Below are positions 1 to 9,027 of a stretch of 64,000 nt of DNA, piece after piece. Numbering within the stretch: the stretch's first letter is position 1; each line of letters begins with the position of its first letter. This DNA is from a virus: positions 1 through 64,000 of the IMG/VR virus record IMGVR_UViG_3300032323_000939; one strand, given 5' to 3'. The translations under genes were made by a program, and so were the position numbers. The notes under the pieces were generated by a model. The model saw only the letters and a list, made by a program, of their open reading frames with translations. It did not search any database and had not been told where the DNA came from.

Positions 1-1020
1 ACCATTACGGGCAATGCCATCAATTATGTTGTCTAAGTTATCTCCTACATTTACAGAGACAGAGTTGTTAGACATCCATGCCCAGCCTGGGTTTGATGGA
101 TCATACGAATTTCTATCAGGGAATGCTTCTGAGTTCTTTAAGTTTAAGAAGTCTGCATCATCAATGCGACCAATCAGTAACTCAGCAGACCGCCGAACAT
201 TACCAGATACAACACACACCCCAATAAGGTTCCCAATATCAGCGATATCAATGCGAGTAAGTTTTCCCCCAGCACGACCTTTAAAGATGCGCCTAATGTG
301 TTCATGTAGTTTGATGAGTGGCTCTGGGCCTGCTGCGGTTCCACCAAAGATCTTGATTGGCTCACCCGCTTTACGAATTTGTGAGTAGTCGAATTTAGGA
401 GCCTTCGTGTCTGAGCGTAAGTAAGAGTTAATAAGGCTCGATGTTGATTCGACCCAGCCTTCTCTGGTATCTGGAATGACATATGTTTCCCCCTCTTGAG
501 ATTCATAAATAGTGAAGTCTTTATCGGCGCCCTTATCGTCGAAGCCAACTCCAACACCAAGCATACTCGCTTCCATTAGGAAGGCAAAAGGCTTGGCTGG
601 ATCAGTCTTAGTCATTGAGCCAGTAGATACGAAAGCACAGTTTTGAAGTGCTGCAGAGTTACGCTGAACGTTTACAAGTGGCGTACCCATTACCCATAGG
701 CCACGGCCAGGAGGTGTCCACTTTAGGTTCCACAAACGATCAAAGGCTTCCTTGGCTGAGGCTGCTGCCTTGGCATCTGACCAAGGTAGGCGATTAGTTT
801 TAGCATGGTCTTTTTGTAACGAGTACATTCCGTTAATGACTCTCTCGCAGACATCTACCCATGTTTCTTTAGTACCATCTGCCTTAAGTCGTGAATAGGT
901 GCGAAGGAACGTTATCTCTCCTACAGAATTACCTGCGGCATCCTGATAACCAAATGGCGCCTTCTTGTTCCTATATGGCGCAATAAAATCTTCGGTTAAT
1001 TTAAAAGAGAATATGTTCAT
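1..1020 (-). CDS. nrdJ: Class II (B12-dependent) ribonucleoside-triphosphate reductase, 5' part (runs off window)
   Basis: Not in ORF track; own translation MNIFSFKLTEDF...FLRTYSR...ETWVDVCERVING...WTPPGRGLW...LQNCAF...MLGVGVGF...PDTREGW...VVSGNVRRSAE matches monomeric RTPR motifs. Confidence 0.93.
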   Translation of the reverse strand, partial: MNIFSFKLTEDFIAPYRNKKAPFGYQDAAGNSVGEITFLRTYSRLKADGTKETWVDVCERVINGMYSLQKDHAKTNRLPWSDAKAAASAKEAFDRLWNLKWTPPGRGLWVMGTPLVNVQRNSAALQNCAFVSTGSMTKTDPAKPFAFLMEASMLGVGVGFDDKGADKDFTIYESQEGETYVIPDTREGWVESTSSLINSYLRSDTKAPKFDYSQIRKAGEPIKIFGGTAAGPEPLIKLHEHIRRIFKGRAGGKLTRIDIADIGNLIGVCVVSGNVRRSAELLIGRIDDADFLNLKNSEAFPDRNSYDPSNPGWAWMSNNSVSVNVGDNLDNIIDGIARNG

Positions 1021-1148
1021 AACCCCTACCATTTCTAATTGAATGCAAATACCCCTCGATGGGAACGCATATTATGATGGGCCGAAACCTATCACACACT
1101 TATTAACTTGGTTGACTGGTAACTGGGAAGACAAAAGCCTAAACTGGC

Positions 1149-1174
1149 CTCCACCTTGCTCCACTACCCTCCAC
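1149..1174 (-). repeat. Three GTGGAG direct repeats with exact 10-bp period upstream of nrdJ
   Basis: ctccac at 1149, 1159 and 1169 on plus strand. Confidence 0.75.
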
Positions 1175-1193
1175 TTGCTATTATCAGATAAAA

Positions 1194-2699
1194 CTATTCT
1201 TCAATTGATTGTTGAATAATCTTAGTTATTGATTCTTCTTTAAGAGATTCTGGTAACTCTTTTAATGCCTGTGCACGATCTCCAAAGATGGCTGACAGCA
1301 CTCCGCCAGAACTTTGACGCTCTGCAGTGATGCGAACAAACTCTCTGTTCTCTTCTAACTCTTTTAGATTTCCTACAAGTTTAAATAAACGATCAATCTC
1401 TTGAGATACATTTGGATCAGCATACCCGCCATTCATTTCTTCAGCAAAACGCATAAAAGCCACTCTCTGGCCTTGCATTTCAATAATTGCAGTTAATAAA
1501 GCCTTTAGTTGATCTTTAGTTTTTACCTCTACAGGAAGGTTGAAAGCACAACTATTGTCAGGCTTGAAAGCAGGACAATTCGAGGCAACAAAGCATGTGT
1601 TACATTGGCGAAGTGACGAGTACTGATTATTAAGAACTGGAACATCTTTTAAAACCTCTTTACCTTCATCATCTGTATCTACAATTGTTTTCATCTTAAC
1701 ACCAAAAACTGGGAGGTTTTGAATCTCAGATGGATCTCTTTCTATCACTTCATTGGCAGATTTTTTCCGCACTTCAAGGTCACTGTTATCAGATGCACCA
1801 CCCATCAATTCCATCAAACCAGTTAGTAGTGGTGTATCGCTGTTATCAGATACTTGGGCATTTTTACCGCCTTCAATGATGTGAAGATCAGGTGTTTTCT
1901 TATCCATTGATTCCTCTAGTTTCTTGTATGACCAGACCGCAACCTTAGTCGCTTCCAGGGTACTATCTTGTATAAACTCTAAATAGTCCAACCCAGCCTT
2001 CTCTACAATTGCCTTGTATCGTGGGCGTGCTTGGTCTTTCATCTTCTTTGGATAACGAACTAACTTAGTGCCATTCCATATTATAGTCTCGCCCCTTCGC
2101 ATTGGCGAAAGCCAGGACAATGTGCTGGCGGTGTTAAATACTACCTGTCTCAGGTTGTCAGGTTTAGCGCACCCAAGTGCGTGATAGGTAGTCCCAAACT
2201 GACTGGAGTAACTCCTAGTTACCGCCGCCAAGTTAGTGATGGACTCTAACTCATCGTACGGAATCATCACGTTCTTATGTTTCTCAGACATCTCTTTTAA
2301 TTTTTGTAACCCGTATTCCTGATGCCATACAACCCATAACTTAGGGTCGTTACTAAAGAATGAGCGTTGAGTTTCTACCCACTCAAGACCTAAGATTAAA
2401 GAGTCAAACTCTTGAAAGGCTTCGGCTCTATCAGCATTGTTTACAAGGAACTCTTGATAATCCGCAGCAATGTTAACTAACTCCTCTTTAGATAACCCAG
2501 CCTTATCAGCCTGTGCTGCACCTGATTCTATGTAGACCTTTGTCTCTGGAGTAAAGTGTTCGCTTATAAGCCACAACTTAGTTTTAGGTAGACCTCGTTT
2601 ACGAAGTCCCCAATAGTTGAGTCCCATCGACTCAACCTTCATAGCCTCCAACAGAGTTCGATTAGAGCCTACTTCTGTCCCACTAAATATTAACTTCAC
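1194..2699 (-). CDS. TGT/DpdA-like TIM-barrel protein (catalytic residues degenerate) with C-terminal Cys-rich and helical domain
   Basis: Motif order VYIESGA / FQEFDS / VVWH / YHALG / FNTASTLSW resembles DSGA / LD / PVFH / HGLG / SxDSxxW; C-terminal CxxC-x5-C-x8-C. Confidence 0.5.
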   Translation of the reverse strand: MKLIFSGTEVGSNRTLLEAMKVESMGLNYWGLRKRGLPKTKLWLISEHFTPETKVYIESGAAQADKAGLSKEELVNIAADYQEFLVNNADRAEAFQEFDSLILGLEWVETQRSFFSNDPKLWVVWHQEYGLQKLKEMSEKHKNVMIPYDELESITNLAAVTRSYSSQFGTTYHALGCAKPDNLRQVVFNTASTLSWLSPMRRGETIIWNGTKLVRYPKKMKDQARPRYKAIVEKAGLDYLEFIQDSTLEATKVAVWSYKKLEESMDKKTPDLHIIEGGKNAQVSDNSDTPLLTGLMELMGGASDNSDLEVRKKSANEVIERDPSEIQNLPVFGVKMKTIVDTDDEGKEVLKDVPVLNNQYSSLRQCNTCFVASNCPAFKPDNSCAFNLPVEVKTKDQLKALLTAIIEMQGQRVAFMRFAEEMNGGYADPNVSQEIDRLFKLVGNLKELEENREFVRITAERQSSGGVLSAIFGDRAQALKELPESLKEESITKIIQQSIEE

Positions 2700-3187
2700 T
2701 AATCTTGCCAGAACTCTAAATCTTTAGGCGCTGATGCATCTTTAGACTTGGCTACATTTACTCTGTTTATTGATTCTTCAATTTGATCCCAAGTACGTCG
2801 TTTTTTAGGGGCATCAGGTCTATGGTCTATAGCAAGGTATCCTGGATTCATAAACATAACGGCTGGAATACCTTGTTCTTCAAATACCCATGCACACATG
2901 GCGGGATCAGCATCTACATACATCTCAATTGGAGCACGACTACGGCTCATAACAAACTGACGTTTCTTTAGGTCTTCACCTTCGAGGTAGTACGCACGAT
3001 CAATCAAGTCATCGTAATTAATAATTCCATGGGAGTTTAACCAGTGTTCGGCATCTTCAGTCTTACGACTTGTCATTAAAGCAACTCTGTTGTTTATATT
3101 TAACGCATAGTAAAGCATTACTCCTGCACGGATTGGTTCTCCTGTATCCGAACTAAGTACGCCGTCTAAATTCAACAATATGTTCAA
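2699..3187 (-). CDS. HAD-superfamily protein (motif I NxD instead of DxD)
   Basis: ILLNLDGVL, LMTSR, YVDADP motifs. Confidence 0.65.
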   Translation of the reverse strand: MNILLNLDGVLSSDTGEPIRAGVMLYYALNINNRVALMTSRKTEDAEHWLNSHGIINYDDLIDRAYYLEGEDLKKRQFVMSRSRAPIEMYVDADPAMCAWVFEEQGIPAVMFMNPGYLAIDHRPDAPKKRRTWDQIEESINRVNVAKSKDASAPKDLEFWQD

Positions 3188-3190
3188 GTA

Positions 3191-4129
3191 TTATCCTTTT
3201 GCTCGGTATGTTGCCGCTCTACGAATTAGGGTCTGAGTATCTGGCAGTTCAATGCCATATGTCTCTTCAGCCTCTTGTGCTTTGTACGCTGACCAGTACT
3301 CAGACAGTTGTTTTAGGGCAGGAACTGTTCCATACTTTTTACCAGCCTGCCATCTATAGTTGTTAAAATCAAAGTAACCTTTTCCATCTGGTCTAAACGC
3401 ATAGCGTCGAGACTGATGAATATCTTGGAATAACATAGTTCCCTGCATAAGAGCCTGTTGTAATTTAAACTCTGCATTTCTACGAGACGCATCATTTTGT
3501 GAACCCTGTAGATCGGTCAAGGCTTGAGAGTATCTGCTAACTATTTCAGATGCTTTTGTTTTATCTTTTAATGCTAGTGATTCCCACTCCTTGTTCTCTG
3601 GAGCAGCCTCTTTTAACGGGAATACAGTCCACTCATTATGTGTTAAATCATAGGCTGCATAAGGATTTATAGTTTGAATGTCCGTTGCTCCAGGATTTAC
3701 ATAAAAGGTAACTTCAAAACCATTCCAGTTCTCTGTCTCTGGCTGTAAATTGTTTCTAAAATCCTCATTTAACATCTTGCTAATCTCTAGATCGCTAAGA
3801 CCCATGTACTCTGGGTGTGCTTTACGAAACTTAATATAATTTACGCCAATTAACACATCTAGATCTGCTGGCTCACGATTAGCAGACCACTGATATGAGA
3901 CTGCTGATCCAGCAATCCATACTCTAGTCCATGTATCTGGATGACGGTAACCAGCGTTAAGGAATGACATTAATTTTTCTAGTATGCCATTTCGTACCCA
4001 ACTCTTCATAGTTGTATTAATAAAGAGATCTGGGTCTAACTCTTGCTCAGGGGCAGAAAAATAGGATGTAGGAGAACCCTGTAGTTGTACGGGACCTACA
4101 AATCTATCTAAGCCATCTGGACGGTTCAT
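3191..4129 (-). CDS. Pol-beta superfamily nucleotidyltransferase
   Basis: hGS...DLDV signature (WIAGSAVSYQW...ADLDVLI) plus third acidic residue in FEVTFY. Confidence 0.75.
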   Translation of the reverse strand: MNRPDGLDRFVGPVQLQGSPTSYFSAPEQELDPDLFINTTMKSWVRNGILEKLMSFLNAGYRHPDTWTRVWIAGSAVSYQWSANREPADLDVLIGVNYIKFRKAHPEYMGLSDLEISKMLNEDFRNNLQPETENWNGFEVTFYVNPGATDIQTINPYAAYDLTHNEWTVFPLKEAAPENKEWESLALKDKTKASEIVSRYSQALTDLQGSQNDASRRNAEFKLQQALMQGTMLFQDIHQSRRYAFRPDGKGYFDFNNYRWQAGKKYGTVPALKQLSEYWSAYKAQEAEETYGIELPDTQTLIRRAATYRAKG

Positions 4130-4141
4130 AGTCCTAGTCTA

Positions 4142-4423
4142 TTAGACTGAAGGAGTTTCTATGCCCCTATCACTTAAAGCATCTAGTATTTTTGCTTTAA
4201 GTTCTGCTGAATTGTCCTTTGGTTGAATACTTGCAAGTACTGTTCTAGCCACTCTATCAGCGAGTAGTTGGCTCTCGATATCAGAGACTAACTCCTTGCT
4301 AGTTTGATAGATGTCAAAAGTACCTGCTTTGCGACGAACTGTTTCATCTGGTTCAGCAATCTGAGTTTTAATCAACCCATTTGTGTCAACCATTACTGTG
4401 TAGGCATAATCAATTTCAGACAT
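4142..4423 (-). CDS. Hypothetical protein
   Basis: ORF coupled to upstream gene by TAATG. Confidence 0.7.
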   Translation of the reverse strand: MSEIDYAYTVMVDTNGLIKTQIAEPDETVRRKAGTFDIYQTSKELVSDIESQLLADRVARTVLASIQPKDNSAELKAKILDALSDRGIETPSV

Positions 4424-4971
4424 TATTCCATTCCTATCAATTTACGTTTACGTTGAGATACCCCAACTGCAACTGGACAAAAATCACACAGGTAGGTCTT
4501 TGGACCTGCCTCATCTTGGTAACGAGCCATACCTTCGGCTTTACGTTCCTTAACTGTTTTTGGTATAAGGAGTTTAGACTTATCATGCCAATCAGAACAT
4601 CCATCTACTGGTTTGTTGTGGCGTTGATAGCACTCCATTGCACCTTCCATAAAGGTGGAACGTGAATCATAGAAACTCTCATCAATTTCTGCAAGGCCAG
4701 CGGAGCCTCCGCTTTTAATTTGACGAATAATTTCTTTTTTTGATTCTGTCTTTGCCCACGCTCTTAATGGCAAAACAAATAACTTACCTTTGTGCGGTTC
4801 TCCAGAAGGAAATACGTGGCTCTCACACGCAACGGCTAGTAGCATATCTAATTCGGGATCTCCATCATATGGAGGTAACTCTTCTAATGTTCCGCAGACA
4901 AGGCAGTGCAATAAACGAAACATTGGTTCATTGTCTTGTTTCTTTTCACCAAGAATAGGGATATTACTCAT
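4423..4971 (-). CDS. Hypothetical Cys/His-rich (Zn-binding) protein
   Basis: CxxC at both ends plus C/H clusters; SD AAGGAG. Confidence 0.75.
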   Translation of the reverse strand: MSNIPILGEKKQDNEPMFRLLHCLVCGTLEELPPYDGDPELDMLLAVACESHVFPSGEPHKGKLFVLPLRAWAKTESKKEIIRQIKSGGSAGLAEIDESFYDSRSTFMEGAMECYQRHNKPVDGCSDWHDKSKLLIPKTVKERKAEGMARYQDEAGPKTYLCDFCPVAVGVSQRKRKLIGME

Positions 4972-5007
4972 TGTGCTCCTTATATTAGTCCATGTAGCCT
5001 AGCGCAT

Positions 5008-5181
5008 TTAAGCGGCTATGGCTATTTTACGGTGTTGTTGATCGTGTCCTAGGCGGACTGTACTCTTTAGAGAGTAACCACAGCAAGATTTACCCTTTTT
5101 TACATTTGATCTTGGATTTTTTTTATTTGACTTACCACATTTACGAGCATCATTTCGCCCACCACTGCTTTTTTTAGCCAA
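5008..5181 (-). CDS. Small basic hypothetical protein
   Basis: Lys/Arg-rich ORF, probable TTG start (MAKKSSGG...). Confidence 0.5.
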   Translation of the reverse strand: MAKKSSGGRNDARKCGKSNKKNPRSNVKKGKSCCGYSLKSTVRLGHDQQHRKIAIAA

Positions 5182-5518
5182 GAGGAATACCGTAATCGGG
5201 ATTCTTTGCGTTGTCATGACCACTTTGGAAGTGGTTATTTAAAGCACGCTTTACAACGCCTTGATGACGAGAGGTTGTTTGAGAATATTTAGATGTTGAT
5301 TGTTGCCATCCAGCATCACCATGCCATGCAATTGGAGTGCCATAAGAACGGACTGTGTACGTAGGATTTGATTTACGATACTCACGAGTCTCATCATCTG
5401 ACATATAGCCAGGGCCAGTAACACCTTCTACACCAGATAAGGCTGATGCTTGAAACGGTATCTTGCTTGAAATAAAATCTGGTGCTTTTGCTAGATTAGT
5501 TTTTGCTACCTTAGCCAT
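5174..5518 (-). CDS. Conserved phage hypothetical protein (SYxTPIA...YSxTTSRHQ family)
   Basis: Motif recurrent in phage small proteins. Confidence 0.7.
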   Translation of the reverse strand: MAKVAKTNLAKAPDFISSKIPFQASALSGVEGVTGPGYMSDDETREYRKSNPTYTVRSYGTPIAWHGDAGWQQSTSKYSQTTSRHQGVVKRALNNHFQSGHDNAKNPDYGIPLG

Positions 5519-5793
5519 TAGTAATCAGACTCCTTAATCCAAGAATGCAAGTGATGTGCTTCTACAATTGCTGATGCTGGTGCGGACTTTTGTCCACGAT
5601 ACAAAACACCAGTTGGTAATTTAATTTTAGAATCGTGCTTACCACGATTTACAGCGTTAATGGCACGCTTTGATGGGCCAAGCATAGATGCAGGAACTGG
5701 TGGATAATGATTACTTTGTAGGTGTGCAAGTAATCCCATGTCCTTGTTCTTACCCTTCATTGAAGAGTATTCTTCAGCATGCATGTTGCCCAT
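5518..5793 (-). CDS. Hypothetical protein (HLQSNHYPPVP...IVEAHHL)
   Basis: His-rich motifs; TAATG coupling. Confidence 0.7.
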   Translation of the reverse strand: MGNMHAEEYSSMKGKNKDMGLLAHLQSNHYPPVPASMLGPSKRAINAVNRGKHDSKIKLPTGVLYRGQKSAPASAIVEAHHLHSWIKESDY

Positions 5794-5802
5794 AATTAAT
5801 CC

Positions 5803-6102
5803 TTAATCTCTAAAAGATTGACGTTGAGTTTTTTGCATTCCTTGCAACATTCTACCTGCTCTACCTTTACCCTCTACACTGGCTCTTGCACTTCTTGTTG
5901 CTTGTGGATCAGTTTCTCTATATTGACCACTTGCAAGTGCTCCTGCAGATAAACCTGTAGTAACTCTATGAGTTCCACTTTGTTCAATCATTGCTTTTGA
6001 TTCTGCAGCAGATTTTGCTCCCATAGGAGTTACAGAACCAGACCAACCACCGTCTTTAGCCTCTACAGTGTGTGTAAATTGTTGTGGTTGTAAATTAGGC
6101 AT
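5803..6102 (-). CDS. Hypothetical protein, N-terminal LxxxQF motif
   Basis: ORF track; MPNLQPQQF. Confidence 0.7.
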   Translation of the reverse strand: MPNLQPQQFTHTVEAKDGGWSGSVTPMGAKSAAESKAMIEQSGTHRVTTGLSAGALASGQYRETDPQATRSARASVEGKGRAGRMLQGMQKTQRQSFRD

Positions 6103-6104
6103 CT

Positions 6105-6305
6105 TTACTTACCTGGGTTTACCTTTGCTGGGTATTCAGATGTCATAAAGCCATAACCATAAAATGGATGTAATGATTGACGGTTTGCTTCAGTCCCTGT
6201 TGACTCAGTACCTACTTCAGTATCAGGACGAGCCTTGCGATACTTACCATCTGTTGATCCCTCTTCAAGGGACTTGTTCATTGAACGTGATGAATTAACG
6301 GCCAT
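6105..6305 (-). CDS. Hypothetical protein
   Basis: ORF track; TAATG coupling. Confidence 0.7.
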   Translation of the reverse strand: MAVNSSRSMNKSLEEGSTDGKYRKARPDTEVGTESTGTEANRQSLHPFYGYGFMTSEYPAKVNPGK

Positions 6306-6502
6306 TACTTTTTCTTCTTTCTGTTTGCCTCAATTACGGTGTCTACCGCTTGAGCAGATTGAGCGTACTGCTCTTTGCGTGATGCTGGAAACTCTCCTGT
6401 TCGAGAAGAGATAAAAGCACCCGTATCCCGAACTAAATTATGAACCCTCTGACGTTCTTTAGCACTCTGAATGCGAGTTTTTCTACGGTCATTAAACATC
6501 AT
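6305..6502 (-). CDS. Small basic hypothetical protein
   Basis: Start reassigned to ATGA overlap (MMFNDRRK...). Confidence 0.6.
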   Translation of the reverse strand: MMFNDRRKTRIQSAKERQRVHNLVRDTGAFISSRTGEFPASRKEQYAQSAQAVDTVIEANRKKKK

Positions 6503-6699
6503 GCCATTTTGTCCTTTATTCGTTTTTGGTTCTTTTGAGTCAAACAAGAGAGACATTGTCCTCTGTTAGCCATAAATTCAATAGGATTCATAACCATTCC
6601 ACAGGTAGGACATGGCGCTGACCCATTGTAGCGAGTTGCATTTTCTACAATTTGTTTTGCCTGTAATTCCATAGTGTACATGCCGTCGCCATCATCCAT
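6499..6699 (-). CDS. Zn-finger small protein
   Basis: CPTC...CLSC. Confidence 0.7.
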   Translation of the reverse strand: MDDGDGMYTMELQAKQIVENATRYNGSAPCPTCGMVMNPIEFMANRGQCLSCLTQKNQKRIKDKMA

Positions 6700-6896
6700 T
6701 AGTAAGCCCCTTTATCTGCACAGCCCTTGCATATTCTTCCAACACCTGCATAATCTTGTGCGCCTTTAGATCCGCATCCTTCACACTTCCATTTTGGATT
6801 GTCGCCCTTAGCAACTTGTGCTTTACTCACTAAACTCATATATGAACTTGGGACACGTTTTGGATCGTTACCACGATCAGGAACCATAGTTGGCAT
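6699..6896 (-). CDS. Zn-finger small protein
   Basis: CEGC...CKGC. Confidence 0.7.
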   Translation of the reverse strand: MPTMVPDRGNDPKRVPSSYMSLVSKAQVAKGDNPKWKCEGCGSKGAQDYAGVGRICKGCADKGAY

Positions 6897-7258
6897 TAGT
6901 TGCTCCCTAGTGCGTTTCGTTCGGCTGCTTGATAACCAGCAACACCGCCAGAGAACCAGGATACTCTTGGTTCGGCATACTTTCTATCAATACTAACAAT
7001 GTCATCAATTCCAGGTTGAGAGCGATCTCCATACCCATATCGTTCTGGAAATAGTTGAATCTGTGGCAATGGTGGTCGAACCATCTCTTGGATATCTTTT
7101 CCAGGAATATTCATAATCATTAACGCCTGTTGTGTTAGTCGTTCCATGTTAGACGCAAAAGGACCGTGATAGGAATATCTCTTTGCTACTTGATCTGGCT
7201 TTACTGGAGCACGCCAAGGTTTGGTGTGATCATATACACCATCAAATTTTTGACTCAT
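6896..7258 (-). CDS. Hypothetical protein
   Basis: ORF track; overlap coupling. Confidence 0.7.
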   Translation of the reverse strand: MSQKFDGVYDHTKPWRAPVKPDQVAKRYSYHGPFASNMERLTQQALMIMNIPGKDIQEMVRPPLPQIQLFPERYGYGDRSQPGIDDIVSIDRKYAEPRVSWFSGGVAGYQAAERNALGSN

Positions 7259-7917
7259 CCTATTGCCCCTCTATGTGCGACCCATGATGTTGCTTGTACT
7301 TTATTAGGTACATCAACACCCAATTCTCCAGCAGCATGCTGATATGCGTGAACAAAATGCTTATAACGACCCATTGAACTTAGTCCTAGATCTTGAGACA
7401 TAACTCCTGTCTGACGTGGTTCTTCGGCTTTCTTTCCCTTGCCTTGACCAATAAATGGTCTACCCATTGCAATGTCGTATGCGTGACGATCAATAGTTAC
7501 TGGAGATGGGTTGCTTGGATCATGGATATTTTTAAAGAAGTTAGTTACTTTATGACCACCCAGTACTTTTTCTGGTTCTTCACCTTCGTGAATGCGACGA
7601 GCCTTCTCAACATTTGCTGGAAGCAGAGCGCTTTTTACTGTGCCAGTTTTTGTTAATTCTTTTGCTTCTCTTACGTTACGGTCCCAGTCACTTAAAGGAG
7701 AGAGTGCCGCAATAATTCCTGCACCACGGACTACATTTCCTCCACCAAGTTTAGTTGCTTCTTCATGGGCTTTTTCATACCACTCATGTCCGCCTTTTAT
7801 AAAATCTGGAGAGGCTTCACGGTACTTACCAATAATGTTCTCTACATGTCCTTTAAATTGTGCTTGGGCAATATTTGCGTCCCAGCGACCATGTGGATCT
7901 ACACCAAATTTTGCCAT
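7255..7917 (-). CDS. DUF7178-like protein, HhH-GPD/DNA-glycosylase-like
   Basis: WY...AGIIAALSP..W..N...GHKVTNF..NI...VTIDRHA...QATSW pattern. Confidence 0.6.
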   Translation of the reverse strand: MAKFGVDPHGRWDANIAQAQFKGHVENIIGKYREASPDFIKGGHEWYEKAHEEATKLGGGNVVRGAGIIAALSPLSDWDRNVREAKELTKTGTVKSALLPANVEKARRIHEGEEPEKVLGGHKVTNFFKNIHDPSNPSPVTIDRHAYDIAMGRPFIGQGKGKKAEEPRQTGVMSQDLGLSSMGRYKHFVHAYQHAAGELGVDVPNKVQATSWVAHRGAIG

Positions 7918-7918
7918 G

Positions 7919-8452
7919 TTATGCCCACGCTGGTCTCAAGTAAGCAAGCATTGCTTGTCTACGGGCATTAACTTCTCCTGGTTGATTAGCCATTGTATTG
8001 GCTTTACCATCATTCACTAGATGTGGAGCAGGTGTAAGTTGAGTCTGAGGAGCATTTCTAGGGAACATGTAAGTTACTGCACCATTGTTGTTAACGAGCA
8101 CTGATTTCATCTGACGTTCAATACCCATCATTGGATGCACTTGTTCTGGCCAGTAGTACATTGATGGCTCAATGCGCTCACCTTTGTGAACACCACGTTG
8201 ATAAGCCTTTTGATTTACACGGTTCTTAATTGAGTCTAATAAACGATCATCTCGACGTGATCGTATTGTTCCTAAGTAACCGTCTGGGTATTCTGCTGAA
8301 GGAATTCGTCCAACACCAATACGTAAAGAATCAAGTGTGTCACGGGCAATTGGAGTTCCTGCACCGCTTTGATTGTTGTAACCGTTTAAACCTCCGCCAC
8401 CAAGTGACTGCCAGTTTTGAGAGGCTGAAAAGTTGTTATAGCCACCAGCCAT
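7919..8452 (-). CDS. Hypothetical protein (AEYPDGYLGTI...YQRGVHKGE)
   Basis: ORF track; TAATG coupling. Confidence 0.75.
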   Translation of the reverse strand: MAGGYNNFSASQNWQSLGGGGLNGYNNQSGAGTPIARDTLDSLRIGVGRIPSAEYPDGYLGTIRSRRDDRLLDSIKNRVNQKAYQRGVHKGERIEPSMYYWPEQVHPMMGIERQMKSVLVNNNGAVTYMFPRNAPQTQLTPAPHLVNDGKANTMANQPGEVNARRQAMLAYLRPAWA

Positions 8453-9027
8453 TACACACCTCTATTTCTACGGTTCTTAGCAATTGTAGAATAAACTTCA
8501 TTTATTGAAATATCTTTACCTTTAGATTTTGCGCCACGACTAATGTGTGATTGCTCTGCAAACTCCATAGCCTTTGGCTTTGGTTCCATACGCTCATACT
8601 CAGCGGTTCTATGTGCACTCTCTTGAAACTCTGGGTTAGATTCAACTCCAGGAAGTTTACGATTAAAGTAAACATTTCCACCACTCATGCGACGGGCATC
8701 AGTTCCACCTAAGTCATAACCAGCAATTTGTTCTTGTGCTACTCCAGCCTTACGTGCTGCTGGAAGGGTTGCATGTTTTTCACTTATGTCTGAAAATATT
8801 TTATCTCCAGATTTCCATGCACCTTGATAAACATCGCCCGTTGCTTTACCAGCATATTGTTGTTTAAAACTCTTTGCTTCTTCAGCAGAGTACGGGGCTT
8901 TTGTAATTCTTTCAGCACCAGGAATTGAAACCATAACTCCAGGACCTTTTGGTGCCTCACCAGTTTTAAAACTACGACTGGCTCCACCTTGATTTGTTAA
9001 ATCTGCGAACTGCTCATTACTCAGCAT
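8452..9027 (-). CDS. Hypothetical protein, N-terminal LxxxQF motif
   Basis: Start reassigned to MLSNEQF (AGGA upstream); YQGAW...DISE...QEQIAGYDL domain. Confidence 0.7.
   Translation of the reverse strand: MLSNEQFADLTNQGGASRSFKTGEAPKGPGVMVSIPGAERITKAPYSAEEAKSFKQQYAGKATGDVYQGAWKSGDKIFSDISEKHATLPAARKAGVAQEQIAGYDLGGTDARRMSGGNVYFNRKLPGVESNPEFQESAHRTAEYERMEPKPKAMEFAEQSHISRGAKSKGKDISINEVYSTIAKNRRNRGV

Noticed and set aside
14-560. ORFs 14-388 (+) and 174-560 (-)
   Set aside because: Shadow/alternate frames of nrdJ, which has clear motifs
1021-1193. Cobalamin riboswitch or NrdR box upstream of nrdJ
   Set aside because: No B12-box or NrdR consensus recognisable by eye; a covariance search is needed to exclude fully
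1194-2699. Functional 7-deazaguanine DNA modification system
   Set aside because: Catalytic Asp residues appear substituted and no preQ0 synthesis genes are in the window
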